Part shown: piece by piece, positions 21,655 through 32,852 of the stretch
How the letters are laid out: each line of letters begins with the position of its first letter
Position numbering within the stretch: position 1 is the stretch's first letter
NCBI GenBank assembly: GCA_965232535.1
Contig: CBDDPW010000007.1
Location: forward strand, 21,420 to 85,419
Source: Candidatus Poribacteria bacterium
Lineage (GTDB): Bacteria; Poribacteria; WGA-4E; JAJDTR01
DNA length: 64,000 nucleotides
Direction of reading: 5' to 3'
The notes under the pieces: model-generated
Database searches by the model: none
The model's input: only the letters and a program-made list of their open reading frames with translations
Told to the model about the DNA's origin: nothing
Program-made: the position numbers and the translations under genes

Positions 21655-22022
21655 GGTACGCTCTATTGTAATATTTGGAACTTACGTCATTGAATGCTAA
21701 AATGTAGCAATGCGTCGATTTGGTCGACCGTCGACTATTGCGGAGTCTCGAGAAAACGCACCTGTTTTTCTAGCCCTTTGCAGCTTGGGTTGAACAGCGT
21801 CAACCAAAAAAATCGAACACGCCACATCGTTGCCGATGTTTGATTCCGCACGAAATCTGCCGGAATCCAGTGAAACCCAACTTGAAAATTTCCGAATGGG
21901 TTGAGATTTTGGGTTTCATTCCATCTTGCCACACCGCGCGATTGTCAAAAGTCCTTCCTGCGGTGCATGTTAGATAGCGTTTCGCATTGCCTCATTCTTC
22001 TTGTTGCGAAGTCGTTGACCCA

Positions 22023-22051
22023 TTGAAATAGTCCGTTAGTTGTGATATAAC
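22023..22051 (+). promoter_or_regulatory. Candidate sigma70 promoter with extended -10
   Basis: TTGAAA-17-TATAAC preceded by TGn. Confidence 0.5.
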
Positions 22052-22419
22052 CTGTGTGATCGGAAAAAGATTTCAACCGAAAAAATTGTATCCTGTGGCG
22101 TTCGGGCATCCACTGATTTTGATGTGTCTATCTTCATTGAAAAGGATGAACTCGGTGATTTGATGGTCGTTGATGTAGTTTATTTGTTTCCCGGATAATG
22201 GTTTATTATGTTATTCCTGAGATTCTCGCTGAGAGCATCATTAGGGATCTAGGAATGTCTGATTGCGTCATTAGGATGGTAATGACGGTGAGTCAAATCG
22301 AGGCGATTAGGAATTAAACTTAACGCCTCGCTGTAAAGTATTTTACACATTTTCAATGTTCGTGTCTAGGTACTGCGGAAGTCTCAGTCCAATTGAAGCT
22401 TAAGAAAGGGGACTTTGTA

Positions 22420-23256
22420 ATGCGAAAATACACGATGATTTTAATACTTTGGAGTTTCACACTGATTTTCACGACGTTACCATTCTCCCAAGGCGCCATC
22501 AAGCGGGAAGACGTTCTAATGGCATTCACCTTTACGGCGGGAGATAGTAAAATCGGCGAAGTTGCCGACGGCGTTTTAAAGGATGTTTCCGGCAATGGTC
22601 ATGACGGGGAGTTTAGACAGAAACCGAAATGGGTAAACGGAGTTTGGGGCGCAGGGCTTCAAGTAGGACAGGCACGGGAAGGTTGGCATGCCGTAACGGT
22701 TCCACACGCCGACGAAATGGATCTTGAAGAGTTTGCCATTGGTGCGTGGGTAAAAACTGAAAAACTCATCGGCGACTGTTGCAACATGATAGTTAGTAAG
22801 GAGAGCTGGGGTGGGGGTCTATCTCGGAACTATTCAATGTGGATGCGGGAACAGGTGACCGTTGGATTCACAACAACGAACCCATTTGATGATGTTCAAG
22901 CGCGCGGCATAGTGATAACCGATGGCAAATGGCATCACGCAGTAGGCACTTACGACGGCAGGAATCTTATACAGTACGTGGACGGAGTAGCGTACGGTAA
23001 GAACCCGGCAGGAGGACACACTCCCTCTTTTGATCCCTCCCAGCGATTATACATTGGAGCTACATGGCTCGGTGGCTTGAGTCTCGGCATGGATGGAGTT
23101 GTCGATGATGTCGTAGTTTTCAATCGGGGTTTAACAGAAGAGGAAGTCAACACCCTTATGGATCAGGGACTTGAAAATGTGCTGGGATTTCAAGCTGTCA
23201 ATCCCGAAGGCAAAATGGCGACTACATGGGCTGCACTCAAATCCGTCGAGAATTAA
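22420..23256 (+). CDS. Secreted LamG-like jellyroll domain protein
   Basis: Signal peptide; DVSGNGHDG, DGKWHHAVGTYDG, GVVDDVVVFNRGLT; C-terminus AVNPEGKMATTWAALK. Confidence 0.85.
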   Translation: MRKYTMILILWSFTLIFTTLPFSQGAIKREDVLMAFTFTAGDSKIGEVADGVLKDVSGNGHDGEFRQKPKWVNGVWGAGLQVGQAREGWHAVTVPHADEMDLEEFAIGAWVKTEKLIGDCCNMIVSKESWGGGLSRNYSMWMREQVTVGFTTTNPFDDVQARGIVITDGKWHHAVGTYDGRNLIQYVDGVAYGKNPAGGHTPSFDPSQRLYIGATWLGGLSLGMDGVVDDVVVFNRGLTEEEVNTLMDQGLENVLGFQAVNPEGKMATTWAALKSVEN

Positions 23257-23554
23257 TGGAGGGAAGGGCACAATTATTGCCTGAATCAGGAGTCCAGCTG
23301 ACTACGCGAAATACCCCGGTAAGTAAACAGTGCAGTCGCCGAACTGCCTGGTCTTCAGCAGCCAAATTCAAACACCTCAACGGCCTGAAGAATGCGTTGG
23401 ATCCAGAGGAGTCGCATAGCAATAGAGTGCCGACGCGCCAAATGTCCGCGCTCCGGCGGAGCGCAATGTATACCTGCGGCAATAAGGTTAATCTGCCCGG
23501 ATTATTCGATTTTGATCAAGGTATCTATGTATTCAAAGTACCCAAATCCCTCAA

Positions 23555-25033
23555 TCAATTGCCACTTGATTTCGTTTTGGAAGGCGCAGCGAAGAACTTG
23601 CGGAGGATGTGGACCTCCGGCGGCTTCGTCAGGAGCGATACAATAACCATCGCTAGGGCTGAAGCGGCAAATACGACGGTTACCGGCATGATGCCGGAAT
23701 CGCCTATCGTGTATCCGGGAGTTTGCCAGCCTCTGAAGAAAAAGAATGTCCATAGAACCACAACACTGACGATTGAAGCAAACGCACCGTGTTTAGTGCT
23801 TCGCTTCCAAAAGAGAGCCGCCAGCAGAACTGGAAAAAGAGACGCGAATCCGGTAAACGACCACACCGCGAGTTTGAAGATACTCCGATTGGAAATCAAG
23901 GATAGAACGTAGATCACGGCAAGCAATCCCACAACAAAGAGTCGTCCGACCAATACCTGATGCTTCTCGCTCATCTGGTTATGGAACCCGTAGTGCCGCA
24001 CGATATCGTGCGTGAACATACTCCCGATGGCAAGTGTTTGTGAGTCGAGTGAGGACATGATCGCCGCAAACACACCGGCTGCCAAAAATCCCGCCAGAAT
24101 CCCGGGGGCGTATCGCGAGATTAGTTGAACCAAGATCGAGTTGGCTTCTGGTCCCTTTAACCCAGCGATATCGCCGCTTCCCAACACACCTAGCAAGACA
24201 CTAGGAATCCATACAATCGCGATGCATACCGGATAAAATATGATCGGATAGCGAAATGTCCGCGCGCTTTTTGCCGTGAGCCAGTGCATGAATATGTGCG
24301 GGAACATCCCCACCGCGGCGGGAATAAAGATGTATGTCATCAACTCCAGTGGTCTTATTCGGTTGGCTTGCATCAGCAGATCTCGGTCAACTCTCGCCAT
24401 GGCATTCGACAAACCGCCCATCTTCCCAACGATGATAAAAAAGGTCACGGCGCCCAAGGTCATGAAAACGAGCGTTTGAAGCGTGTTCGCCCACACGGTG
24501 CCGCGCATTCCGCCAAAACAGACGTAGATAACAACCACGCCGCAAACAAGCAATCCGCCTACCCATTTGGGAATTTGACCGTCAGTAATGACTGCAAGAG
24601 TGTCCCCGCCTCCCATTACGCCAATCAGAAGATACGGTACAACGAGCGCGACCAGAACGGCGAAAAACAGCAATCCCAAATTGTCGGAGTTCCATCGTTC
24701 TCGGATATATTGAACTTGCGTGAGATAGCCGTGTCTTTTCCCAATCGCCCACAATCTGGTGCCCACGAAGAAGAAGATGGTCGGAATAATGAGCGCTGAA
24801 GACGAACCCATTAAGGCGAACACTCCGATTCCCTTGTGGTAGGCTTCGCCGGAAGCGCCAAGGATGGAAAATGCGGTCATGTTTGTCCCGAAGAGGGACA
24901 TCAACAGGACAAATGGTCCGATGGTGCGGCTGGCAACGAAATAGTCTTCGCCGGTACCGCGAAAGAATCTGTGACTTACGGTGCCGACGATTAACACCAA
25001 GGCAAGATACGTGAAAATTACAAAAACGGTCAT
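23555..25033 (-). CDS. Sodium:solute symporter (SSS) family transporter
   Basis: EDYFVASRTIG, GGMRGTVWANTLQ, FAAIMSSLDS; polytopic membrane protein. Confidence 0.9.
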   Translation of the reverse strand: MTVFVIFTYLALVLIVGTVSHRFFRGTGEDYFVASRTIGPFVLLMSLFGTNMTAFSILGASGEAYHKGIGVFALMGSSSALIIPTIFFFVGTRLWAIGKRHGYLTQVQYIRERWNSDNLGLLFFAVLVALVVPYLLIGVMGGGDTLAVITDGQIPKWVGGLLVCGVVVIYVCFGGMRGTVWANTLQTLVFMTLGAVTFFIIVGKMGGLSNAMARVDRDLLMQANRIRPLELMTYIFIPAAVGMFPHIFMHWLTAKSARTFRYPIIFYPVCIAIVWIPSVLLGVLGSGDIAGLKGPEANSILVQLISRYAPGILAGFLAAGVFAAIMSSLDSQTLAIGSMFTHDIVRHYGFHNQMSEKHQVLVGRLFVVGLLAVIYVLSLISNRSIFKLAVWSFTGFASLFPVLLAALFWKRSTKHGAFASIVSVVVLWTFFFFRGWQTPGYTIGDSGIMPVTVVFAASALAMVIVSLLTKPPEVHILRKFFAAPSKTKSSGN

Positions 25034-25272
25034 TTATCTACCGAGTCATCCTCTTCAATCTCCAATTGGGAGGGCCAAGCGTATTTGACGAGCAGCGCCA
25101 TCAAAACAGCCATCGCAACGCAGAATGCAATATGGTAGGTCAATCCGACAGGTAATCCGATCACCGAGGCCGGATTGCCCCAAAACCAAACATCTTTGTG
25201 GAGCAGATACATGGCAATGAGTGCTAGATAAAGTATCCAACGAACACGCGAGTTCTTCATTTTTTTATCCAA
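25030..25272 (-). CDS. Small two-TM SSS partner protein (DUF3311-like)
   Basis: HKDVWFW...IGLPVGLTYH; stop overlaps the SSS start. Confidence 0.75.
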   Translation of the reverse strand: MDKKMKNSRVRWILYLALIAMYLLHKDVWFWGNPASVIGLPVGLTYHIAFCVAMAVLMALLVKYAWPSQLEIEEDDSVDK

Positions 25273-25465
25273 TCACCAAATGCGACGGCGCCGTTTGCCA
25301 ACTTCATGCATCTGTGTTTCTATATCGAAATTAGCCGTTATCTTATCAGCTTTTTTCGCGGGGCGTCAACCCAAATTCATCCTTGAATCTACCTGTTAAA
25401 CTGACATATAATGGGGCCAGCCGCGGTTCTGCGGGGACACCGAAAACACGGAGGAGAATTTTTCA

Positions 25466-26935
25466 ATGAGAGTTGTTACGGGTACAATCTGTCACGAAAC
25501 CAGCACGTTCACCCCGGTCGCCACAACGTGGGAAAGCTATCGCAATGAACACTTTGGCTACTTGCGAGGTAAGGAAATTCTCGAAAAGTTTCGCGGCACG
25601 AACACCCCGATTGGCGGTTTCCTCGACGGCGCGGAAAAACACGGTTTCGAACTCATTCCCACGGTCTATGCAAACGCTCACCCCAGCGGTCCAAACCCCA
25701 GGCATATTTTCGATACGATCCTCGGCGATATGGTGGACGGGATTGCCGCGGCAGGGGAGATCGACGGGGTGCTCCTGGAGCTGCACGGAGCAATGGTGGC
25801 AGAAGGAATTGATGATGGAGAAGGGCATATCCTAAGTGCGGTGCGGGAGTCGGTTGGTCCGGACGTGCCGATTCTCGCACAGTTGGACATTCACAGCAAT
25901 GTTTCACGTCGTATGGTCGAGATGGCTGATGTGCTAATCGGACGGGAAACTTACCCGGAGATCGATCAGGCGGCAAGAAGCCGAGAGTGCGCGGATGTTC
26001 TGGCGCGCGTACAACGCGGCGGCGTACGTCCAACGATGGCTCTTTATCAGATTCCGCTCATTTGGGGCGTGAATCAGGTCACAGCCCACTCTCCTATGCA
26101 AGAAGCAATCGCCGAGTTGCACAGAATTGAGGCGCAGCCGGGAGTGATTTGCGGCTCAATTGCGACCTGCTATCCATTGGCTGATATCCCGGATCTAGGT
26201 GCATCGGTTTATATTGTTACCGATAACGATCTAGGTTTGGCACAGCGGTACGCCGATGAATTGGGAGAATGGATTTGGGAACGCCGGGCAGATTGGCACA
26301 TACCGATGCCTTCAACCCGCGAGATGCTGGTTGAAGCCGAGTCTCATGGTAAATACCCGGTGATGTTTGCCGACAGAAACGACAATACCGGCGGCGGTAC
26401 GCCCGGTGACAGTACCGGCATGTTGGGGGCATTCATTGATGCCGAACTGGAAGACGCGTGTATCCTTTATATGGTCGATCCTGAAGCCGTGGAGGCGTGT
26501 AAACAGGCAGGGGTTGGAGCACAACTGACTCTTGATGTTGGCGGGAAGTCGTCCCCGCTTCAAGGGAAACCCGTAACCATGAGCGTCGAAGTCGCCGCCC
26601 TCTCCGACGGCCGCTTCCGTTATGATGGACCTATGAAGGCGGGATTGGAAGGTGACATGGGGCCGTCCGCCTACATCAGGCAGGGCGGGATCCATGTGTT
26701 GCTGGTCACCGAACGAGAACAGCCGTTTGATACTGCGTTCGCACGGACGCTTGGTTTGGATCCCCGGAAAATGCGTTACCTCGGGATTAAATCTACTGCC
26801 CATTTTAGACAGGGTTTTGAATCGTGGTCGGGCGCAATCTATGTGGTGTCCGAACCAAGCGTGCATGACCCCGCTGGAGGGGAGATTCAGTTCCGCAAAC
26901 AGGACCGCAAACTGTATCCGCTACACGACGTTTAA
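25466..26935 (+). CDS. M81 family metallopeptidase (MlrC-like)
   Basis: HETSTF, LELHGAMV, LDIHSN, TYPEID, DNTGGG, IKSTAHF. Confidence 0.9.
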   Translation: MRVVTGTICHETSTFTPVATTWESYRNEHFGYLRGKEILEKFRGTNTPIGGFLDGAEKHGFELIPTVYANAHPSGPNPRHIFDTILGDMVDGIAAAGEIDGVLLELHGAMVAEGIDDGEGHILSAVRESVGPDVPILAQLDIHSNVSRRMVEMADVLIGRETYPEIDQAARSRECADVLARVQRGGVRPTMALYQIPLIWGVNQVTAHSPMQEAIAELHRIEAQPGVICGSIATCYPLADIPDLGASVYIVTDNDLGLAQRYADELGEWIWERRADWHIPMPSTREMLVEAESHGKYPVMFADRNDNTGGGTPGDSTGMLGAFIDAELEDACILYMVDPEAVEACKQAGVGAQLTLDVGGKSSPLQGKPVTMSVEVAALSDGRFRYDGPMKAGLEGDMGPSAYIRQGGIHVLLVTEREQPFDTAFARTLGLDPRKMRYLGIKSTAHFRQGFESWSGAIYVVSEPSVHDPAGGEIQFRKQDRKLYPLHDV

Positions 26936-27039
26936 GTAGGCCCAAGATGAGTGAATTACTTCTTTGGCACCTCTTTTCCCATTCCACGAGCGCCCCGCGA
27001 GTAGCGTTCGGACGATGTCAGCGAACCTTGTGCCTGACG

Positions 27040-28083
27040 CTACCATCTCCCCAAGTATAAGCCTCTGTTCTGCATCGGCATTGACACCCGTGCCCCCTTC
27101 TGCCGCTGTGAATCCACGATTCCGAAGGTGATTTCGGTACTGATTCGAGCCAGACGGATGTTGCCTTGAGTTTCTCTACCCGTATCAATGGCATCAACGA
27201 TGTCCTCAATACACCCCACAGTGCCGCTTTTCCGCTCATAATCCGGAAAATCAACCTCCTCTAATTGATCAAGTTCCCCCGAGCGTTTTCGCAGTTGGAA
27301 TTGATTACCGTTATTCAAAGACCGCACCACGCCGTCAGTGCATTCGACCTCAAATTCGTAAGCGCTGCCGGGAATACTCACGCCGTGTGTCCCGTTCTTG
27401 AATTTCACGTAACCCATGACGACAGTCGGATCGATTTCTGTCCGGTTGTCCCCAAAGTCGGAATCTTCCACATCGACATTTCCCTGTACATACTCTACCT
27501 CGGAATCACCGGAAAAGAAGAGCAGCATATCCGCTGCGTGTGTGAATCCCCAAAGGGCGCCGCCGGATGCGCGGGCGATTACCGACCGCCGCTCTCCAAT
27601 CTCCCCGCTTTCAACAATTTCACGCATCTTAATATATCCCGGCGTGTATCGTCGTTGCGTACCCAGATTGAATTTTACCCGATTCTTCCCGCAGACGTCG
27701 ACCATTGCATCGGCTTCCTTCATTGACGCACAGAGGGGTTTATCGCAGTAGATGCCCTTCACGCCATGCTCTGCGGCAAAGGCGGTGATTTCGGCGTGAT
27801 TTCCCGGACGGGTTGCGACGCTTATAATGTCCGGTGCCTCTTTCTCGATCATCTCCCGATAGTCTGTGTATCTCGCGGGGATGTTCCATTTTGAGCAGAC
27901 GCGATCCAGATTCTCCTCAACAACATCCGCAGCGGCAACGATTGTCGTCCGATCGCACGCCGTATAACCCGCCGCATGAGAGTAGGGCAGAAGAACCGCA
28001 TTCGGTCCGCGTCTTACCTCCTCGTCAATGGTGCCGCCCATTCGACCGCATCCAACTATGCATGCGCGATATTGTCGTTTCAT
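27040..28083 (-). CDS. Gfo/Idh/MocA family oxidoreductase
   Basis: VGCGRMG; YCDKPL motif. Confidence 0.85.
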   Translation of the reverse strand: MKRQYRACIVGCGRMGGTIDEEVRRGPNAVLLPYSHAAGYTACDRTTIVAAADVVEENLDRVCSKWNIPARYTDYREMIEKEAPDIISVATRPGNHAEITAFAAEHGVKGIYCDKPLCASMKEADAMVDVCGKNRVKFNLGTQRRYTPGYIKMREIVESGEIGERRSVIARASGGALWGFTHAADMLLFFSGDSEVEYVQGNVDVEDSDFGDNRTEIDPTVVMGYVKFKNGTHGVSIPGSAYEFEVECTDGVVRSLNNGNQFQLRKRSGELDQLEEVDFPDYERKSGTVGCIEDIVDAIDTGRETQGNIRLARISTEITFGIVDSQRQKGARVSMPMQNRGLYLGRW

Positions 28084-28286
28084 TGATTTTCACCGTTGTG
28101 CAACGAACTCATGAGCCTGTAGGGTGGGCACTGCCCACCAGCCCTTTCCCCTTGAAACACACTTTGTAGTAGTAATCCTCTGTCATAAGATCGAAAACAA
28201 AAAACCAATTTCGGCTGATGATGTAAACTCGCTCACGACTAAGAAGAGAATTCAATCCACGTTGCACTTGATTGTTCCGGTACCCC

Positions 28287-29138
28287 TTAAGTCACTTGCC
28301 GACTAATGCCCACTTCCCGGAAGGCGTTTTCCAACGTACGATACGTCAATTCTGCCGAACCCAGTGGGTCGTAATCCGGCCGCCCCTGCACCTGCATACT
28401 GACTTCGGCGGTGACATAACCATCATATCCTGCCTTTTGCATCAGTTTGAGGTACACCGCGAAATCGAAAGGTCCTTCGCCCGGTATGAGAAACTCATAA
28501 TCCGGTACCAATCCCCGCTGGTCTTTCACGTGAGTATGGGCGGAGTGCGGCGCCAGAAGTCGTACGACTTCGGCGGTGGGCATGCCCTGAATCTCGAAGT
28601 GGCTAATGTCAAAGTTTAGTTTGAGATAGGGTGAATCGATTTCTTCAAGCAGCCACAAGGATCTTTCTGGAGAGTTCAATCCATCTCCGACATGCGGCTC
28701 TATAGCAAGAACAACCTCGCGCGTGCTGCAGTGATCCACTAATGTGCCAACTCGCTCAAGAATTAAATCTTGCTGTGAATTCCACCCGTTCGGGTCGATT
28801 CCCAATGTAGTATTCAGTACCGGTACGCCATCTGTGCCGGCAAGGTCCGAGCATAGCTCTGCGCTCGCGGTGAGGCGCCGCCAGTTCTCGGCATGTACGT
28901 CCTCCTCCGTAGCAAGCAGGGGCTGGTGTGCAGCCACGGCTGGAAGACCCAACCCGTGTTGATTCAATAGCTGGCGGATCCGCCTTCGCTCCGCGGAATC
29001 TAACGTATCGAGTTCCGTGCTAAAGCCTGGAATAACGGTGAGTTCGACGCCATCGAACCCCAGCCGAGCAAGATATGCTAGGGCGGTATCAACGGGCAGC
29101 TTGGGCATTCCCCAAGTTGAATAACCGATTTTCATCAA
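28287..29138 (-). CDS. Sugar phosphate isomerase/epimerase (xylose-isomerase-like TIM barrel)
   Basis: GFDGVEL, AIEPH, FDISHF, HTHVKD, AEVS. Confidence 0.85.
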   Translation of the reverse strand: MMKIGYSTWGMPKLPVDTALAYLARLGFDGVELTVIPGFSTELDTLDSAERRRIRQLLNQHGLGLPAVAAHQPLLATEEDVHAENWRRLTASAELCSDLAGTDGVPVLNTTLGIDPNGWNSQQDLILERVGTLVDHCSTREVVLAIEPHVGDGLNSPERSLWLLEEIDSPYLKLNFDISHFEIQGMPTAEVVRLLAPHSAHTHVKDQRGLVPDYEFLIPGEGPFDFAVYLKLMQKAGYDGYVTAEVSMQVQGRPDYDPLGSAELTYRTLENAFREVGISRQVT

Positions 29139-29310
29139 ACCTTCTTTCTTGATGTTGGACGGAACCTAATTACGATGCGCATTGAATCATCCGGACTGAA
29201 CCTACGCGGCGGATTGAGACAGCATATACCCTTTCACCACTCCGGAAGACTCGCCAATCGCGCTGGGGTAATAGTACTCATATATGTTGTTGCCTTGCTG
29301 TCGGTGCACA

Positions 29311-30303
29311 TCAGAGCAGAGAATCAACTTTCTGGGGCAATCCGGTTTGAATTGACGCGATGATTTTTTCGACCAGCAGGGTGGAAAGGATACCAGTGCG
29401 AGCCGGCACGTAGGGTTCAGTATCGTTACGAATGGCTTCCACGAGCCTCGGTAAACGCTCGAGCGGGGGCGGCGAAAGTGTTTCACCATCGCCGAAAGTG
29501 ACCTTCTTGAAATGCTCATGGAGCACCGCCGACTCTTCTCCATCAAAGAACTCGAAGAACCATTTGGAAACCATAGAATTTCTGCCGGCATCACTCATCA
29601 AAAATGTCGCCACTGAACCGTTCGCAAACCGGAGCGTCGCCGCAGCGGTGTCCACTATGTCGGTGCCTTCCAATTCGTCAGGATGGGTCACGATTCCTCC
29701 CGTGGCATGGACTTCAATCGGGGCTGAATCGTGCATCCAACAGAGCAAATCCAAAGCGTGAACCCCAACATCGAAAAGCGGGCCTCCACCTTCTTTGGAA
29801 TCCCATTGCCATCGGCTCAAATCGCCTTTGGCTACCATACATTGAGCGTGGCTCACCTTTGAGGCATTCAGTCGGTGCTTGATGGCTCGTGCCGCCCCGC
29901 TGAAACGTATCGTAAAGTCCATCATCAGTTTCGTGCCGGCAACCCTCATCGCCTCATAAATGCGGAGGCAATCAGCGGTGGACATCGCCATGGGCTTTTC
30001 CAAGAAGAGGTGCTTCTTCGCGTTCAATGCAGCCACCGCCAAATCGGCATGGGAGCCATGCGAGCTTGCAATCGACACAATATCCACTTCGGTATCGGCA
30101 AAGATTCGCTCCGAGTTTGTGGTGTGGTACTCGCCGCCGTATTCTCCGTGAAAACGTTTCGCGGCATCAGGCCGGGTGTCGCAGAAGCCGTGTATCACGA
30201 CATCCGGCGTGGACGACGCCCACCGTGCGTGCGACCTGCCGGCACCTCCGCAGCCGATCAGCGCCCATCTCATGGCGTGATTTATGCTGGCATTTTCTTT
30301 CAT
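29311..30303 (-). CDS. Gfo/Idh/MocA family oxidoreductase (start uncertain)
   Basis: IGCGGAG; FLEKPMA; GGGPLFDVGVHALD. Confidence 0.85.
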   Translation of the reverse strand: MKENASINHAMRWALIGCGGAGRSHARWASSTPDVVIHGFCDTRPDAAKRFHGEYGGEYHTTNSERIFADTEVDIVSIASSHGSHADLAVAALNAKKHLFLEKPMAMSTADCLRIYEAMRVAGTKLMMDFTIRFSGAARAIKHRLNASKVSHAQCMVAKGDLSRWQWDSKEGGGPLFDVGVHALDLLCWMHDSAPIEVHATGGIVTHPDELEGTDIVDTAAATLRFANGSVATFLMSDAGRNSMVSKWFFEFFDGEESAVLHEHFKKVTFGDGETLSPPPLERLPRLVEAIRNDTEPYVPARTGILSTLLVEKIIASIQTGLPQKVDSLL

Positions 30304-30418
30304 TTTCTGCTGCAACCCGCTTTCGATTGATTGGGAGAGTAATGTTGCATTAGGTGGAATTGGAGAAACTCCCAGTCCCCAATCCATTACCACAACTTTC
30401 TGTTGAACTCATTGTGTC

Positions 30419-31180
30419 TTAATGCCATTTCGATATGACTGCCCCGAACACCGTGCTCGCGGCGACGAGCAGGAGTATGATGTCAACTATCAGACGATGG
30501 CGCCTCTTGCGCATTCGATTCCCTATGGGGAGACCTACGCCGTACCCCAACAAAGCGACCGGGAAAAACGCAATGCCGATGGCGACATACTTGAAAAGTC
30601 CCACGCCAAATGTCAGACCTAATAGAAGGATATGAATCGGGGTTGATATGGCAAGAACCGCGAAAAGGAATCCCCGAATCTTGTTCGTGGGCCAGTTTTG
30701 CAGCGTAGACCAAATCACTAACGGCGGCCCGCCTATACCGCATATACCGGAGAGCAATCCGCTTATAACGAATGCGAATCCCGCCCAGCTCCAGTGCGCT
30801 TTCTCCGCAGGTTTAGGCTGGCAGAGAAGTTTAGCTATGACTATCAGACCTACGATGCTGCCTACGACTAGCTTAATATAGTTTACATCCAGACTGACAA
30901 TCTTCTTGAGAAGGTACAAACCGATGACCATTGAGACTAATCGAACCGCAGTTGCAGTCCAGGTCAAGCGCCACGGCACCGAGGCACTGAGATGTCGGGC
31001 GCCGAGCGCCGCTTGCAGGGTAGAGCACGTCGACACGAGCATGACCACGGCAGGCAACGGGAAACCAAGCCACAGAATTAGAGGAGTGGCAAACACTAGG
31101 AACCCGAATCCTACGGCGCTCTGTATCAACGCAGCCAAACCGATGACAACTCCTACCGTTAGGATGTCTAAGAGTTCCAT
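30419..31180 (-). CDS. TauE/SafE (TSUP) family membrane transporter
   Basis: QSAVGFGF; SGICGIGGPPL. Confidence 0.85.
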   Translation of the reverse strand: MELLDILTVGVVIGLAALIQSAVGFGFLVFATPLILWLGFPLPAVVMLVSTCSTLQAALGARHLSASVPWRLTWTATAVRLVSMVIGLYLLKKIVSLDVNYIKLVVGSIVGLIVIAKLLCQPKPAEKAHWSWAGFAFVISGLLSGICGIGGPPLVIWSTLQNWPTNKIRGFLFAVLAISTPIHILLLGLTFGVGLFKYVAIGIAFFPVALLGYGVGLPIGNRMRKRRHRLIVDIILLLVAASTVFGAVISKWH

Positions 31181-31423
31181 TGCTTACTGTTGTTGTCTTC
31201 CCTGCCTTCAGAGAGTGTTGACCTACAAAGAAACTGGTGATCTTCGCTTCCGGGTGTAGGAGCGATTTCCAAATCGCGACATCTATCAAGGGCATTGCTT
31301 GACCCTGCAGATTAAACGCAACAAGAGGATTTCATCGTCGCTAACCGCCATCTTACTCGGACTGTGCAATCCGAATACGGTTAATCCTCAGTCGCAATAG
31401 CCTTACGGTTCATACTACGATTC

Positions 31424-32248
31424 TCAATCGTCAAATTTCCACAGCTTTAAAGCGGTTTTGTGGAATAACCATTCCTTGTCTTCCCCAGTCAAGAAATCAA
31501 GATGTGACTGGAAAAGTTCCAACGCGCGGGAGTAACCAATGTTCCGAAGGACCCCAGGAAAATCCGTACCCCACATCAAGCGCTCGGGACCAAAGGCGTC
31601 GTATATCCGACAGTATGTCTGAAACGTATCCTCATGCGGGTACGCCAAGGTCGACTTGTGCACTTGCGGCGTGAATTTCACGTAAACATTGGGGCATTCC
31701 GCCAGTCGAAGTACGTTGCTCAGATGTGGATAGGGTTCAGTTTCGTCAATCGGCGCTCCACCAATATGGTCAAGAATCACAGGAACGCTTGGATACCTGC
31801 GAATCATCGGTTCGAGGGCGGGCAAATGGGAGGCGGGTCCAAGCACGATAAAGAGCGAGCCTAGGTCTTCAGCCCGTTCCCAAGTGGCGTGCTGTTTAGG
31901 CGCCGCCCATTCTGAAGGGTCATCGGGCCTAGCGAGGTGTATCCGCAGTCCGCTGAACCCGTCCTCCACGACCAATCGTTCAAGTTGATCCGGCGCACCC
32001 GGTGCGTTCCGATCAACCAATCCGATAGCCTCGAATTTCCCCGGAAACCGGCGCAGACAGTCGGCAACGTATCGGTTGTCATATAGATAGTAAATCGGTT
32101 GAACGATAACCGCCTTATCCACCCCCGTTTCAGCCATGGTTTGATTTAGCAATTCGACCGAGCCATCTTCAATATCCGTTCTGCCATCGGCAAACGGATA
32201 GCGCGAGAAGTCGTCGCTCCATACGTGTAGATGTGTGTCGATAATCAT
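31424..32248 (-). CDS. Amidohydrolase family protein (sugar-lactonase-like)
   Basis: IDTHLHVW, ILDHIG, FGPERLMWGTDFP. Confidence 0.85.
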   Translation of the reverse strand: MIIDTHLHVWSDDFSRYPFADGRTDIEDGSVELLNQTMAETGVDKAVIVQPIYYLYDNRYVADCLRRFPGKFEAIGLVDRNAPGAPDQLERLVVEDGFSGLRIHLARPDDPSEWAAPKQHATWERAEDLGSLFIVLGPASHLPALEPMIRRYPSVPVILDHIGGAPIDETEPYPHLSNVLRLAECPNVYVKFTPQVHKSTLAYPHEDTFQTYCRIYDAFGPERLMWGTDFPGVLRNIGYSRALELFQSHLDFLTGEDKEWLFHKTALKLWKFDD

Positions 32249-32406
32249 CTATAATGCCCTCCATTTTATTCCAGCGAAGTCTGGATTATGTTAGTAGAGC
32301 GCCATTATCCCTGTCGGAATAATTCTTTCAGCAAGTAACACTCATTTTTCGCTCTATAACACGTTTTGAAAAAGCGTTCCTTCGTCGAATGCTTTTCACT
32401 CCAGTG

Positions 32407-32444
32407 GATCAAGCGACTGAATAGGGAGCGCGATAGTAAATCCT
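32407..32444 (+). repeat. 37-nt GATCAA hairpin micro-element inserted into an array REP hairpin
   Basis: Interrupts CACTCCAGCGGAGTGAGATGTC; absent from sister units. Confidence 0.85.
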
Positions 32445-32642
32445 GTGAGATGTCAATAGAACACGATTCCTCCCTGCGTCTGCACTCCAGCGGAGTGCAA
32501 TGTCGAGTGTTACTTGGTAGCCCCCCATTATCCCTGTCGGCATAATTCATTCTGCAAGTAACACCGGTTTTTCGCTCAATGACTAGCCGCGAAAAGTGTT
32601 CCGTCGTGGTCTGGTTTTCACTCCAGCGGAGTGAGATGTTAA

Positions 32643-32852
32643 GAGGTTGTTTGAAAAGTACATTTGTAGGGTGCGCACGGCGCACCAGTCTTTAAAAGCC
32701 CCAGAGGGGCGGAAGGTGTGTAGAAACGCCACAATCCCGCGAACCCAAGCCCCAGAGGGGTGGAAGGTGTAGAAGAGGCGACAATGCATTCAAAAAAAAA
32801 ACCTTCTTCATGAGTCCAAAATCGCTTTGGCTCCAATTTTTCAAACAGGCTC
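32643..32852. mobile_element. MITE with IS5-like ends inserted in array unit 2
   Basis: GAGGTTGTTTGAAAA / TTTTCAAACAGGCTC; TAA TSD; empty site visible in sister units (GAGATGTCAATAGAA). Confidence 0.88.
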
